The translations under genes and the position numbers were made by a program. Positions 8,624 to 18,691 of a stretch of DNA of 64,000 nt are shown in pieces. The first letter of the stretch is position 1; each line of letters begins with the position of its first letter. The notes under the pieces were generated by a model. The model did no database searches. It saw nothing but the letters and a program-made list of their open reading frames with translations, and was not told the origin of the DNA. Source of the DNA: Chthonomonadales bacterium (GTDB taxonomy: Bacteria > Armatimonadota > Chthonomonadetes > Chthonomonadales > CAJBBX01); contig JBMFSQ010000001.1 in assembly GCA_049967475.1 (NCBI GenBank), positions 183,456-247,455 on the forward strand. Direction: 5' to 3'.

Positions 8624-9655
8624 ATGATCGTCCTGATGCATCGCCATGCCACCGTCGAACAAGTGGACGCAGTGGTGGAGGCGATTGCCAAACATGGTCT
8701 CAAGCCTCTGAATCTGCCTGGCGGAGATCACACGGCCATCGGGATAGCCAGCGCCATACCGCCCGAGTTGCGGGAGGGGTTGGCGAACCAGCTTTCTGCC
8801 ATGAACGGCGTGGCCAACGTAGTCCACGTGAGCCGGCCGTACAAGCTGGCATCCCGGGAATTCCACCAGGCGTCCACCATCGTGCGTGTGGGGGATGTGG
8901 AGATCGGCGGCGTCGGCTGTGTCGTGATCGCAGGACCATGTGCAGTGGAGAGCCGCGAGCAGATCTTCGCTACAGCGCGCTCGGTTCAGGCGGCAGGTGC
9001 CCGCATGTTGCGGGGAGGCGCGTACAAGCCCCGCACTTCACCCTACTCCTTCCAGGGTTTGCATGAGGAGGGGCTCTCTCTGCTGTTGGAAGTGCGCAAC
9101 GCATTGGGCATCCCTACGGTAACGGAGGTTGTGGATCCGCACGATGTAGACGAAGTGGCCCGGCACGCTGATATGCTCCAGATCGGGGCGCGCAACATGC
9201 AGAACTTCCCGCTCTTGATCGCAGCAGGTAGGTCCGGCCACCCTGTGTTGCTGAAGCGCGGTCCGGCTGCAACTTTGGATGAACTCCTCTTTGCGGCCGA
9301 GTATATCCTCCACCACGGAAACGACCGCGTGGTCCTTTGCGAGCGTGGAGTGCATCCTCTAGATCGCACGTACACCCGTAACACCTTGGATCTAAGCGCG
9401 GTGCCTGTTCTGAAGGAGATCACCCATCTTCCCGTGATCGTGGACCCCAGCCACGGCGTGGGGCATGCGCGGTATGTGCCGGCGATGTGCAGGGCAGCTT
9501 TGGCTGCTGGTGCCGATGGATTGATTATCGAGGTGCACCCATCGCCGCAGGCGGCTCTCTCGGATGGCCAGCAGTCCTTGACGCCGGAACAGTTCGCAGA
9601 ATTGATGGGCGGGCTAGCGAGGATTGCGGAGGCTGTAGGCCGGCGGCTGGCCTAG
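8624..9655 (+). CDS. aroF: 3-deoxy-7-phosphoheptulonate (DAHP) synthase, type I-beta with N-terminal ferredoxin-like regulatory domain
   Basis: MIVLMHRHATVEQVDAVVEAIAKHGLKPLNL (regulatory domain). Then VIAGPCAVESREQ, MLRGGAYKPRTSPYSFQG, LLKRG and VIVDPSHG, all typical of KDSA/DAHPS I-beta enzymes. Confidence 0.9.
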   Translation: MIVLMHRHATVEQVDAVVEAIAKHGLKPLNLPGGDHTAIGIASAIPPELREGLANQLSAMNGVANVVHVSRPYKLASREFHQASTIVRVGDVEIGGVGCVVIAGPCAVESREQIFATARSVQAAGARMLRGGAYKPRTSPYSFQGLHEEGLSLLLEVRNALGIPTVTEVVDPHDVDEVARHADMLQIGARNMQNFPLLIAAGRSGHPVLLKRGPAATLDELLFAAEYILHHGNDRVVLCERGVHPLDRTYTRNTLDLSAVPVLKEITHLPVIVDPSHGVGHARYVPAMCRAALAAGADGLIIEVHPSPQAALSDGQQSLTPEQFAELMGGLARIAEAVGRRLA

Positions 9656-10419
9656 GGCGAGGCTCCGATGGCGGCCAAATCCTCTTCTGTGTCTATATCG
9701 GTGGCGATTTCCGCGTGCGGCACGACGACGGCTCGTGCTGTGCAGCCCATCATGCGGGACACTGCCTCTTCCAGGCGCGGGATGGATAGGAACCCCCGCC
9801 GGAGCAGCACGGTGAGGGCGAAGAGGGCTACCGTTCCAAACCCGAGGACCATGGCCAATCGCGCAGGGCTTTTGCGAAGATTGTACGCTACCTGGATGCG
9901 CTCTCGCTGGGAGGCCATAACCCTCGTGTTCACAAGCACCATGTTGCCGCCGGTGAACTCACCCTCGCGAAGCAGCACAGAGGTCCGACGGATAGCCGGG
10001 AAGCGCTGCCGGCACAGGCGCATGTTGACGACCGGATAGACGAAATCGGCCTGCGTTGCGGCGGCTTTCCGGATGAAATCGTCCACGGCCTCGGAGGTGA
10101 GGAAGGGGATGTCGCACGTCGCCACGAGGGCGTAGGAGCTGTCACCCACTTCTCGGAGGCCTGCATACACGTTTTCCACAAGGGATCCTGCATCGGGAAG
10201 GAGGCGGTACCTGCGGTCGGCGGGCAGGTCGCCGATCACGACTACTGTGGAAACGTGGGAAGCGGCTGCCAGAGCTTCTACCACACGATGCACCATCGGC
10301 TCGCCCGCCACGCGGATGAGCGCTCGATGGCTCACACCCGAGCGGCGGGCTGCCGGCTCGAGCGTCTTCCCCCCTGCCAGCACGACAGCGGGCACCCTCT
10401 CCACGAGATGTCCGGTCAT
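9652..10419 (-). CDS. MobA-like NTP-transferase (nucleotidyltransferase family) protein
   Basis: AVVLAGGK...ALIRVAGEPMVHRVVEAL and CDIPFLTSEAVDDFI are typical of NTP_transf_3. A C-terminal hydrophobic segment is present (LAMVLGFGTVALFALTVLL). The start overlaps the ispE stop by 4 nt. Confidence 0.65.
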   Translation of the reverse strand: MTGHLVERVPAVVLAGGKTLEPAARRSGVSHRALIRVAGEPMVHRVVEALAAASHVSTVVVIGDLPADRRYRLLPDAGSLVENVYAGLREVGDSSYALVATCDIPFLTSEAVDDFIRKAAATQADFVYPVVNMRLCRQRFPAIRRTSVLLREGEFTGGNMVLVNTRVMASQRERIQVAYNLRKSPARLAMVLGFGTVALFALTVLLRRGFLSIPRLEEAVSRMMGCTARAVVVPHAEIATDIDTEEDLAAIGASP

Positions 10420-11312
10420 TCTACGGCATCTCCCAAGCGGAGGGCTTCCTCACGGTTTACACTCCTGCACACGGTGACGCTGTAGGGGCGCAGGCGCAAG
10501 AGCCGCGCGACTTCCTCCGCTTCGGAACGATCGAAGGCCACGCCGAATACCGCAGATCCGCTTCCGCAGAGGCGGGCGTTCCGAGCGCGGGCCATTAAGA
10601 GGTCATCCATCGCGACGGCAACGGCGGGTTCTTCGGCGAGGACCACTTGTTCGAAGTCGTTGGTCATGCGGGATGCGATGCGCTGGAGGTCCCTTGCGGC
10701 GACGAGCGCTTCCATAGAGCGTGTGCTGCGGGCAGAGACGCGGTGGGGCAGGGCGTCCAATGCCTGATAAGCGCGTTGGGTGGACACATGGACGGCGGGC
10801 ATCGCGATGATGAACCAGAGTTGCGGTGCATCGGGCAAGGCGGTGACGCGATCGCCCCGTCCCCGGACGGAGGCTGTTCCTCCCGTAAGAAAAAAGGGAA
10901 CATCCGAGCCGAGGTCGCTTGCGAGTTCAGCCAACTCTTCGGTTGTGAGGCCGAGGTCCAACAATTGGTTCACTCCGCGGAGGGCAGCCGCTGCGTTTGA
11001 ACTTCCTCCGCCCAACCCGGCTTGCACCGGGATGCGTTTGATGAGCCGGATCAACACGCCGCGCCCGGAGCCGGATTTGCGCAGAGCTGCCGCGGCGGCG
11101 CGGCATGCAAGATTGGTGTCATCGTGAGGTATTCCAGGGGCATCACACTGTAACCGGACGCCGGGTTCCTCCACCTCTTCCAGCTCGAGGCAATCGGCCA
11201 AGGACACAGTCTGCATCACACTGGCGATATTGTGGTATCCGTCCGGGCGGCGGCTGAGCACATCCAGGGTAAAGTTCACCTTGGCGTAGCTGGGGACTGT
11301 GAGGCGGCGCAT
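10416..11312 (-). CDS. ispE: 4-diphosphocytidyl-2-C-methyl-D-erythritol kinase
   Basis: MRRLTVPSYAKVNFTLDVLSRRPDGYH, IPVQAGLGGGSSNAAAAL and GSGSAVFGV are GHMP-kinase/IspE motifs. Start set at ATG 11312 (conserved N-terminus) rather than 11405. Confidence 0.9.
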   Translation of the reverse strand: MRRLTVPSYAKVNFTLDVLSRRPDGYHNIASVMQTVSLADCLELEEVEEPGVRLQCDAPGIPHDDTNLACRAAAAALRKSGSGRGVLIRLIKRIPVQAGLGGGSSNAAAALRGVNQLLDLGLTTEELAELASDLGSDVPFFLTGGTASVRGRGDRVTALPDAPQLWFIIAMPAVHVSTQRAYQALDALPHRVSARSTRSMEALVAARDLQRIASRMTNDFEQVVLAEEPAVAVAMDDLLMARARNARLCGSGSAVFGVAFDRSEAEEVARLLRLRPYSVTVCRSVNREEALRLGDAVE

Positions 11313-11455
11313 TTCTGGGGCGATCTCCCGGCATGGGCAATTACAGGCGGATGCCGCGTTGATATTGGACGGCGCGAGCCAAAATCCCTTTGGCGCGCGG
11401 GGCATGGGGCGTGATATACTGGTATCCTAATCCACTCGAGAAGGGTACCGATCCG

Positions 11456-12763
11456 ATGACGCATCAGGCCAGGGAGCGACCGGCAGGGAAGTCATCCGAC
11501 GCGGGATTGCGTCGGGAAATGGCCGCGGTCCACGCCATCAGCCGCCACCTCAGTTCTACGCTGGACTTGGAAGATCGTTTGCGGGACATTCTAAACGTGT
11601 CCATCGAGGCGGTTCAGGCAGAGGCCGGAACCATCTACCTGCACCGCCCTGCGGACGATACGCTCGAATTCCGTTACGTCGTGGGTCCCTCAGCCTCTCG
11701 CTCATTGTTCGGTATGGCAATCCCGGCATCCACGGGCATAGCCGGCCTCGTGTTCCGTTCCGGCGAGGGCTGCATCATAAACGACCTGGATGCCGCCGGA
11801 GCCCACCGCCGGGATTTTGGAGAAGGGATCGGCCTCGTTACGCGCAATATGGTCACTGTGCCGCTGAAGTTCAGCATGGGGCAGGCCGTAGGCGTGATGC
11901 AGATCCTTAACAGCAATCGCGGGAACTTCGATGCATCGGATCTCGAGACGCTGGAGATCATCGCAGCGATCGCGGCAGCAGCCATCGAGAATGCGCATTT
12001 GTATCGCCGCGCGCAACTCGCGGCAGTGGCCCATGCCGTGGGCGATCTCAGCCATGACCTGAAGAACAAGCTGGCTCCCATCGCAGGATGGGTGGACACG
12101 CTTCGCCCCATGATGGACGCCATGTTCGACGCGCCCGGTGGAGAACTTCCCGACGCGGATGCGGTTCAGGCTGTGCGGGAGTTCTACGGCGAAGCCTTCG
12201 ACACGATCAACCAACAGATTGTTGACATCCAGGACTATTGCAAGCTGATAGGGGACGCCATCAAGGGGGTAGTAGCGCAACCCCGATTGGAGGCGCATGA
12301 CCTCAACGCCGTGATCGAACGGCAACTGGCAGGGCTCGACCATGAGGCTGCCCGGCGGAACGTACGCATCGTTCGTGGGCTAGGGGCCGTGCCTACCGCC
12401 TTGTTCGACCGGTCCCAAATCGAGCGCGCGGTTTATAACCTGGTGAACAATGCCCTTCCCGAAACGCCCGAGGGAGGGACGATCACAGTGAGGACTGCTG
12501 TGGCGCAGGACCGCGCGTTCGGCGAGATGATCGTAATCGAGGTGGCGGATACCGGCCGCGGCATGCCTACGGATGTGCTGGAAGGTATCCTAAGGGGTGA
12601 AGCCCGCAGCGGGAAGGTAGGCGGCACGGGGCTTGGAACGCGCATCGTGGCGAACGCAGCGGCGGCCCATCACGGGCGCTTCGAGGGCGAGAGCCGGGAA
12701 GGGGCCGGCACGTGCTTCAGGCTCGCGCTGCCCCTGAGGCGTCCAGGTGGTTTCGATCAGTGA
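11456..12763 (+). CDS. Cytoplasmic GAF-domain sensor histidine kinase
   Basis: The GAF-like region runs from AGTIYLH to VTVPLKFSMGQAVGVMQILN. H-box VGDLSHDLKNKLAPI. N-box YNLVNNALPETPEGG. G-box VADTGRGMP...GGTGLGTRIV. Confidence 0.85.
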   Translation: MTHQARERPAGKSSDAGLRREMAAVHAISRHLSSTLDLEDRLRDILNVSIEAVQAEAGTIYLHRPADDTLEFRYVVGPSASRSLFGMAIPASTGIAGLVFRSGEGCIINDLDAAGAHRRDFGEGIGLVTRNMVTVPLKFSMGQAVGVMQILNSNRGNFDASDLETLEIIAAIAAAAIENAHLYRRAQLAAVAHAVGDLSHDLKNKLAPIAGWVDTLRPMMDAMFDAPGGELPDADAVQAVREFYGEAFDTINQQIVDIQDYCKLIGDAIKGVVAQPRLEAHDLNAVIERQLAGLDHEAARRNVRIVRGLGAVPTALFDRSQIERAVYNLVNNALPETPEGGTITVRTAVAQDRAFGEMIVIEVADTGRGMPTDVLEGILRGEARSGKVGGTGLGTRIVANAAAAHHGRFEGESREGAGTCFRLALPLRRPGGFDQ

Positions 12764-12769
12764 AGGGAT

Positions 12770-13252
12770 ATGTCTCTGATGCGTGCAGGTGTCCTCACGA
12801 TAAGTGATCGCTGCGCCAGAGGGGTTCAGGAGGATCATTCCGGGCCGCGGGCACGGGAACTCTTGCAGGGGCACGGTTGGGAGATCGTGACCCATGGTGT
12901 GGTTCCTGACGATGTAGAGCAGATCGCGCAAACCCTGGAGGAATGGTGTAGTGCCTGCGACCTCATCATTACCACAGGCGGAACCGGCCTGTCGCCTCGT
13001 GACGTAACACCTGAGGCGACGCTTCGGGTTGTGGATCGGGAGGCGCCCGGCCTCGCTGAATATGTGCGGTGGTATGGGTGCCAGCGCAACCCGCGGGCTG
13101 CCCTCTCGCGGGGCGTGGCCGGTGTCTGCAAGCGCACCCTCATCGTGAACCTGCCGGGGAGTGTGCGCGCTGTGGAAGAGGGGCTCCAGGCGCTGATGCC
13201 GTTGCTTCACCACGCCGTGGCCCTCATCCAGGATCAGCCGACGGATCACTAA
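12770..13252 (+). CDS. mog: Molybdenum cofactor biosynthesis protein, MogA/MoaB family
   Basis: AGVLTISDR, DLIITTGGTGLSPRDVTPEAT and LIVNLPGS are MoCF_biosynth domain motifs. Confidence 0.85.
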   Translation: MSLMRAGVLTISDRCARGVQEDHSGPRARELLQGHGWEIVTHGVVPDDVEQIAQTLEEWCSACDLIITTGGTGLSPRDVTPEATLRVVDREAPGLAEYVRWYGCQRNPRAALSRGVAGVCKRTLIVNLPGSVRAVEEGLQALMPLLHHAVALIQDQPTDH

Positions 13253-13258
13253 CCGGCG

Positions 13259-13288
13259 TTGACATCGCCGAGCTCATGCGGCTATCCT
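13259..13288 (+). promoter_or_regulatory. Sigma70-type promoter TTGACA-18-TATCCT for glyS
   Basis: cgTTGACAtcgccgagctcatgcggcTATCCTcta. It leaves a leader of about 105 nt. Confidence 0.5.
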
Positions 13289-13401
13289 CTAGAGGCGGTC
13301 GGCACATCTGCTGGGCCTTCAACGAGGATGCCCACAGCGCACGCTTGCTTGCATAGGGCCTTCCGCCGCTGCGTTCTCATGATTAGGGAGTGGGCGCATC
13401 T

Positions 13402-15555
13402 ATGCCAGATTTGTTGTTGGAAGTCGGAACTGAGGAGATGCCGGCGGGGGCGGTACGGAGCGCGCTCGAACAACTGAAGGCAGCAGTGTCCGCCCGGCTT
13501 GCCGATGCGCGTTTGCCCGCTGACGAAGTTCAGGTATACGGCACACCGCGCCGGCTGATCCTCATCGCGTGCGATGTTCCGGAGGTGCAGGCGAACGCGG
13601 TGCTGGAAGTCCGCGGGCCCTCACGGGCGGCAGCGTTCGATGCTTCAGGGCATCCCACCAAGGCTGCCATTGGCTTCGCGCGCAAGCAAGGGGTAGCTGT
13701 AGAAGATCTTCGACTGGTAGACACGCCCCAGGGCGAATATGTGTATGCCCGCGTTCTCCAAGAGGGCAAGCCCGCCAAGGACGTGCTGCCGGATCTACTG
13801 CGGCAAGCGGTATTGGGGCTTTATTTCCCCAAAATGATGCGGTGGAGCGAGGGCGCCGTGAGGTTCGTGCGGCCCATCCGCTGGATCTTGGCTCTGCTGG
13901 GCACGGACACGGTTCCCGTGGAGATTGCCGGGATACGAGCCGGCCGCTCTACACGGGGGCACCGGTTCCTGGCTCCTGGTCCCATGGAGGTGCCTGCGGC
14001 ATCGGGGTTTGTGGAGAAGCTGCGCAGCGTGTGCGTGTTGGCGGATCCTGACGAGCGCAGGTGTGAGATCGTGCGGCAGGCGAGTGAGCTCGCTCGCGGC
14101 GTGGGTGGTGTGGTGCCCTGGGATGAGGATCTGCTCGACGAGAACGTTTGGTTGGTGGAGTATCCCACAGCCCTCTTGGGCCGCTTCGACACGGTTTACC
14201 TGGACCTACCTCGGCCCGTTCTCGTGACGGCTATGAAGAAGCACCAGCGTACGTTCCCGGTGGAAGATGCCGACGGCCGCCTCATGCCGTACTTCATCGC
14301 GGTGCGCAACGGAGGCATGCGCTCGCTGGACGTGGTGCGTGAAGGGAATGAACGTGTGCTCACAGCGCGTTTCGCAGATGCGCGCTTCTTCTACGAAGAG
14401 GATCAGCGCTCCTCACTGGACGAGATGGCTGAACGCCTTTCGCGGGCGCTTTTCCAGGAGAAGTTGGGCACCCTGGCCCAGAAACGATCCCGGCTTGAAA
14501 AGCTGAGCGCATCGGTGGCGGAGGCGCGGCGAATGGATGCATCCGATCGCACCCTCTTGGCCCGCGCCGCGTCCCTGGCAAAGGCGGATCTTGCGAGCCG
14601 GATGGTCACAGAGCTCCCCGCTCTGCAGGGCATCATCGGCCGAGAATATGCCCTCATGCGTGGCGAGGATGCCCGTGTAGCCGACGCCATCGCAGAACAC
14701 TATATGCCGCGCGGCGCCGGTGATCTTCTTCCGGGTTCGCCGATCGGCAGGATCTTGGCCGTAGTGGATCGGATGGATACCCTTGTGGGTTACTATGCCG
14801 TAGGCATACGGCCCTCGGGCTCCAGCGATCCGTACGGATTGCGGAGGGCGGCCCAGGCAGTGGTGCAGATCCTCGCTGAGGATAGGGAGGCTCCTTCCCT
14901 TTCTGTGCTCGCATTTTTGGCGGGACAGGCGTATGCCGAAGTGAATGGCCTCGAGGTTCCGATGCACGCGTTGTGGCCCGATCTACGCCTGCTCTTCGAA
15001 CAGCGGATGGAAGCGCTCCTGGAGGAGAGGAATGTTCGCTACGATCTGGCGGAGGCCGCACTGGGGGCCGGGCCGATACTGGCGCACCACGTGTATGCTG
15101 TGCTTTGCCGGGCGGACGCCTTGCAGAATGCTGCGGGGGACGATGCCTTCGTACCCGTGGTGAATGCGGCGGGGAGGATTGCCAACATCCTTGCCGCAGC
15201 AGGGATGCGCGCCGAGCCGCCGGAGCCGCAAGCAGGTCAGCAGGAACCCCATCAAGTCCTCGCCGCTTTGGCTTCCGCTGTGCGCATGGGGCTGCTGCGC
15301 GAGGTAGAAGAGCGGGCGCTCTATGCCGAGGCGGAAAGGCTCATGCCGGAGGTCGCTCGCGCAGCCTCGGCATACGATTTCGCCGGCCTCTATGCCGCGC
15401 TCAAGCCGATGGGTTGTGTGGTGGACCGCTTCTTTGATGAAGTGCTCGTGATGGCCGATGACGCATCGCTTCGAAACAACCGCCTTGCCCTGCTTCGATG
15501 GGTGGATGCCCTCTACCGCAGCCTCGCGGATTTCTCTAAGGTCGTCATCGCATAA
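13402..15555 (+). CDS. glyS: Glycine--tRNA ligase beta subunit
   Basis: MPDLLLEVGTEEMPAGAV matches the conserved GlyS N-terminus (E. coli LVEIGTEELPPKAL). The size, about 717 aa, fits. The C-terminal anticodon-binding-like region is present. Confidence 0.9.
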   Translation: MPDLLLEVGTEEMPAGAVRSALEQLKAAVSARLADARLPADEVQVYGTPRRLILIACDVPEVQANAVLEVRGPSRAAAFDASGHPTKAAIGFARKQGVAVEDLRLVDTPQGEYVYARVLQEGKPAKDVLPDLLRQAVLGLYFPKMMRWSEGAVRFVRPIRWILALLGTDTVPVEIAGIRAGRSTRGHRFLAPGPMEVPAASGFVEKLRSVCVLADPDERRCEIVRQASELARGVGGVVPWDEDLLDENVWLVEYPTALLGRFDTVYLDLPRPVLVTAMKKHQRTFPVEDADGRLMPYFIAVRNGGMRSLDVVREGNERVLTARFADARFFYEEDQRSSLDEMAERLSRALFQEKLGTLAQKRSRLEKLSASVAEARRMDASDRTLLARAASLAKADLASRMVTELPALQGIIGREYALMRGEDARVADAIAEHYMPRGAGDLLPGSPIGRILAVVDRMDTLVGYYAVGIRPSGSSDPYGLRRAAQAVVQILAEDREAPSLSVLAFLAGQAYAEVNGLEVPMHALWPDLRLLFEQRMEALLEERNVRYDLAEAALGAGPILAHHVYAVLCRADALQNAAGDDAFVPVVNAAGRIANILAAAGMRAEPPEPQAGQQEPHQVLAALASAVRMGLLREVEERALYAEAERLMPEVARAASAYDFAGLYAALKPMGCVVDRFFDEVLVMADDASLRNNRLALLRWVDALYRSLADFSKVVIA

Positions 15556-15616
15556 TCCTGCGCCGGCGGAACCCAGATGCGGGCCCGTGCGTAGAGTCCA
15601 TGGGAGCCCTTGGAAC

Positions 15617-16351
15617 ATGCGAGCCGTTCTGAGTTGGGCGTTTCTATGGATTGTAGCGTGCCGGGCGGGCGCCTTCGGGCAGCCGCAGGCGCAGCAGCAA
15701 GAACTCTCGGCAGCGCAGATTTTGGCCAAAGCCCTGGAGGTCTATGCGTCAACCCCCACCTACAGCGCCGAATGGAGTTATACAATGGAACGGTCAAGAT
15801 CCGAGGCGCGCGCCACAGTGACGATCCAGGCAAAGGGAGGCCGGATGCTGCTGTTCCACGTAGCGCGCTCGTCTTCCAAAGTTCAGGACGAGGAGCTGCC
15901 GGAACTCAAAGTGGTGGTGGACGGAAAGTCGGCCGTCTTCCAGAACGCAACGGCCCGAATTTGGTACAGGGTTCCACTTCCGGCTGATGCACGCATCACC
16001 CCGCTGATGTTTCTGCCTCAGGTTCCTACTGCTCGCGGCGTCAATCGCGGCCCCGACATTACCGAAGGGCGTACCCGTTGCTACACGGTGTGGGGAACTT
16101 CGCCGGACGGAGCTGTGACGCGGATGGTGGTGGACGCGAAGACCTTCAGGATCCGCACCATCGTAAACGAGGTCGTAATCGGGCTCGACAAGGTGACCTC
16201 TACGCTGGCTGTAGTAAAGGAAGAATTCGGAAAGGATCTTGCTGACGCACTGTTCGAGGCGAAGGTCCCGCCGGGGTTCAAAGAGATCCCTGCGCCCTCA
16301 GAGGCTAAGGCGCTGTTCGGTGTGGCAGACGCAAAACCCGTAAAGCCGTGA
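15617..16351 (+). CDS. Secreted hypothetical protein (LolA/lipoprotein-sorting-like fold suspected)
   Basis: Signal peptide MRAVLSWAFLWIVACRAGAFGQP at ATG 15617. The ORF-track start at 15458 overlaps glyS. The fold guess rests only on size and beta-rich pattern. Confidence 0.5.
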   Translation: MRAVLSWAFLWIVACRAGAFGQPQAQQQELSAAQILAKALEVYASTPTYSAEWSYTMERSRSEARATVTIQAKGGRMLLFHVARSSSKVQDEELPELKVVVDGKSAVFQNATARIWYRVPLPADARITPLMFLPQVPTARGVNRGPDITEGRTRCYTVWGTSPDGAVTRMVVDAKTFRIRTIVNEVVIGLDKVTSTLAVVKEEFGKDLADALFEAKVPPGFKEIPAPSEAKALFGVADAKPVKP

Positions 16352-16388
16352 CGCACTCCCGGAAAGCAGGTTCCAACTGGACGCGGCA

Positions 16389-17711
16389 ATGAAGATTGTG
16401 TTCATAGACATTGACACCCTCCGTGCAGACCACCTGGGATGTTACGGGTATGGGAAGCCGACGAGCCCCGCCATAGATCGGCTTGCGGCAGAGGGGGTGC
16501 TGTTCGAGAGTTGCTTCGCCCCCGGCATCCCCACTACGCCGGCCCACACCACCATCTACACTGGGATGCACCCGATTTCGCACAACATCGTGACCCATGG
16601 GGGCGCTGTGGACCTAGACCGCCGCATCCCAGTGTTGCCGGAGCTCCTTCAGCAAGCCGGCCTCACCACATGCGCTGCCGACAATCTGTACGACATCAAA
16701 CCTTGGCTGGCCCGCGGATATGAGTTCTACATCAATTCTGCGCATCGTCATCGTATGAAGCTGCTGGTGTCTTGCGAGGAGATCAATCACCGCGCCATTC
16801 CATGGATCAAGGCTCATGCGGACGAACCTTTCTTCCTGTTCATTCATTACTGGGAGCCGCACACTCCTTACCTGCCGCCGGCCCGGTACCGGCTCTTCTG
16901 GGATGGTCGAGATCCTTTCGATCCCAACATCCATAGCCTGGAAGGCATTAAGCAGACGCCCTTCTGGAAAATGTGGGGTGACACCTGGTTCCGGAAGCTC
17001 GGACCTGTAACGGATGCAGATTATATCGTGTCGCTCTACGACGGGGAAGTGCGCCATGCAGACGATGGGGTAGCCGAGCTTATGGCTGCCCTGGACGAAG
17101 CAGGCATCGCTGAGGACACCCTGGTGGTGCTTACAGCGGATCATGGCGAGGTGATGGTGCGTAACGGCATCTACTTTGACCATCACGGCCTCTATGATGA
17201 GACCATCCGGGTTCCCCTTATTCTGCGATGGCCGGGGCGGCTCCCTGCCGGAAAGCGTGTACGCCACTTCGTGCAGCACCTGGATTACGCTCCAACGCTT
17301 CTGGCTTGGGTAGGATCGCAGGCTCCAGCAAACATGGAAGGAAAGGATTTCGGTCCTTTGGCAGAAGGGCGGGACGACACGCCCTTATGGGACCACGTGG
17401 TTTGTTGCGAATCCACCTGGCAATCCAAATGGGCATGGCGCACCCAAGACTACAAACTGATTGTTGCTCGGGCGCCCGACGCCTACGGCACGCCACCGAG
17501 GGAGCTTTATGATCTGGTGAACGATCCTGGTGAGGCGCACAACGTCGTAGGCGAATTGCCGGACATTGCCCACACCCTGGAACAGCATCTGGAAGAGTGG
17601 ATTGCCCAGCAATTGGCACGCTTCGGACGGACCGTGGATCCTCTGGTGGCGCAGGGCATTACCCTCGGAAAGCGGTGGGAAGCGATGCGCGCGGAATCCA
17701 AGGGGTCCTAG
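16389..17711 (+). CDS. Sulfatase-fold (alkaline phosphatase superfamily) hydrolase, non-canonical active site
   Basis: IVFIDIDTLRADHLGCYGY...SPAIDRLAAEGVLF and TADHGE are sulfatase-family blocks. The position of the C/S-x-P-x-R formylglycine motif reads T-T-P-A-H. No signal peptide. Confidence 0.75.
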   Translation: MKIVFIDIDTLRADHLGCYGYGKPTSPAIDRLAAEGVLFESCFAPGIPTTPAHTTIYTGMHPISHNIVTHGGAVDLDRRIPVLPELLQQAGLTTCAADNLYDIKPWLARGYEFYINSAHRHRMKLLVSCEEINHRAIPWIKAHADEPFFLFIHYWEPHTPYLPPARYRLFWDGRDPFDPNIHSLEGIKQTPFWKMWGDTWFRKLGPVTDADYIVSLYDGEVRHADDGVAELMAALDEAGIAEDTLVVLTADHGEVMVRNGIYFDHHGLYDETIRVPLILRWPGRLPAGKRVRHFVQHLDYAPTLLAWVGSQAPANMEGKDFGPLAEGRDDTPLWDHVVCCESTWQSKWAWRTQDYKLIVARAPDAYGTPPRELYDLVNDPGEAHNVVGELPDIAHTLEQHLEEWIAQQLARFGRTVDPLVAQGITLGKRWEAMRAESKGS

Positions 17712-17731
17712 CCTCCAGGGCTGCTCGCCTG

Positions 17732-18691
17732 TTACAGGGGCTCTTCCGGAATGGCGGGTGGGGCGCCCCTCATCGCCAAAGCCACGCCGGCCAGCAAGAT
17801 AACCCCGCCAATCCCTTGGTGCAGGCGCACTCTTTCGCCCAGAAAGGCCCAAGCCAGCGCCGCCGCAAACACGGGTTCTGTGAGAATGGTGGCGGCGACC
17901 TGGGGAGCAGGCAGGCGCCGGACGGACCAGTTGATCACCGTATGTCCGATGATCTGCGGCACAACGGCCATACCCAGGGCCGAAAGCCAAACCGCAACCG
18001 GTGTGGCGAACACACGCGAGGGCGGCGCAGCTGCCAATGCGAAGGGCCACAAGGAGAGTGCGCCGAAGGAATAGGTCCATGCCACGAGCTGCCACGTGCC
18101 GAGCGCTTCCCCCTGCGGGAGTACGGTTAGTTTCTGGATGATGAGGAGGTAGGCTGCGATCAACATGGCTCCTGCGACGGCGAGGGCCGCGCCGGCCGTC
18201 TGTTGGTTGGGGATAGGAAGGGGTGCGGATGCACTTCCCAGCGTAATCAGGCGCATCCCTGCAGCGGCAATCGCGAGCCCAGCCCAGAACCATGGACGCA
18301 CCCGCTCGCCCAGGAACAAGCGTCCGCCCAAGCCTGTCCACACGGGCGTGGTGCAAACGAGTAGTGTGGAAAGAGCCACAGGTGTGCGCTGCAACGAGGC
18401 GAACCATGCGGCGAAATGCAGCCCCAGCAGCACTCCCGCTGCAGCCAGGCGAAGGGCGGGAACCTGGGCGGAGCGCGCCCGTGTTCGGGACATCGCCGCT
18501 AGAGCGCAACCGGCGAGCACCATGATGGCCGCCAGCGTGAGCCGCCATGCTGCGAGGACTACAGGGTGCGCCCCTGCATCCAGACCGAAGCGAGCCAGAA
18601 GGGCGGCCGATCCGATGGCAAGCTGGCCCACGGCGAGCATCCAATATGCCAGGGCGGGGCTGGGCTCACGATGGGCGGGACGTTGGCTCAT
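17732..18691 (-). CDS. EamA/DMT-superfamily transporter
   Basis: About 10 TM segments in two EamA-like halves. The start is uncertain because 18691 overlaps the murB 3' end by 26 nt. Confidence 0.75.
   Translation of the reverse strand: MSQRPAHREPSPALAYWMLAVGQLAIGSAALLARFGLDAGAHPVVLAAWRLTLAAIMVLAGCALAAMSRTRARSAQVPALRLAAAGVLLGLHFAAWFASLQRTPVALSTLLVCTTPVWTGLGGRLFLGERVRPWFWAGLAIAAAGMRLITLGSASAPLPIPNQQTAGAALAVAGAMLIAAYLLIIQKLTVLPQGEALGTWQLVAWTYSFGALSLWPFALAAAPPSRVFATPVAVWLSALGMAVVPQIIGHTVINWSVRRLPAPQVAATILTEPVFAAALAWAFLGERVRLHQGIGGVILLAGVALAMRGAPPAIPEEPL

Noticed and set aside
13289-13401. T-box leader upstream of glyS
   Set aside because: The leader is only about 105 nt, too short for a T-box. 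I found no specifier-loop or T-box sequence (AAUUAGGGUGGUACCGCG-like).
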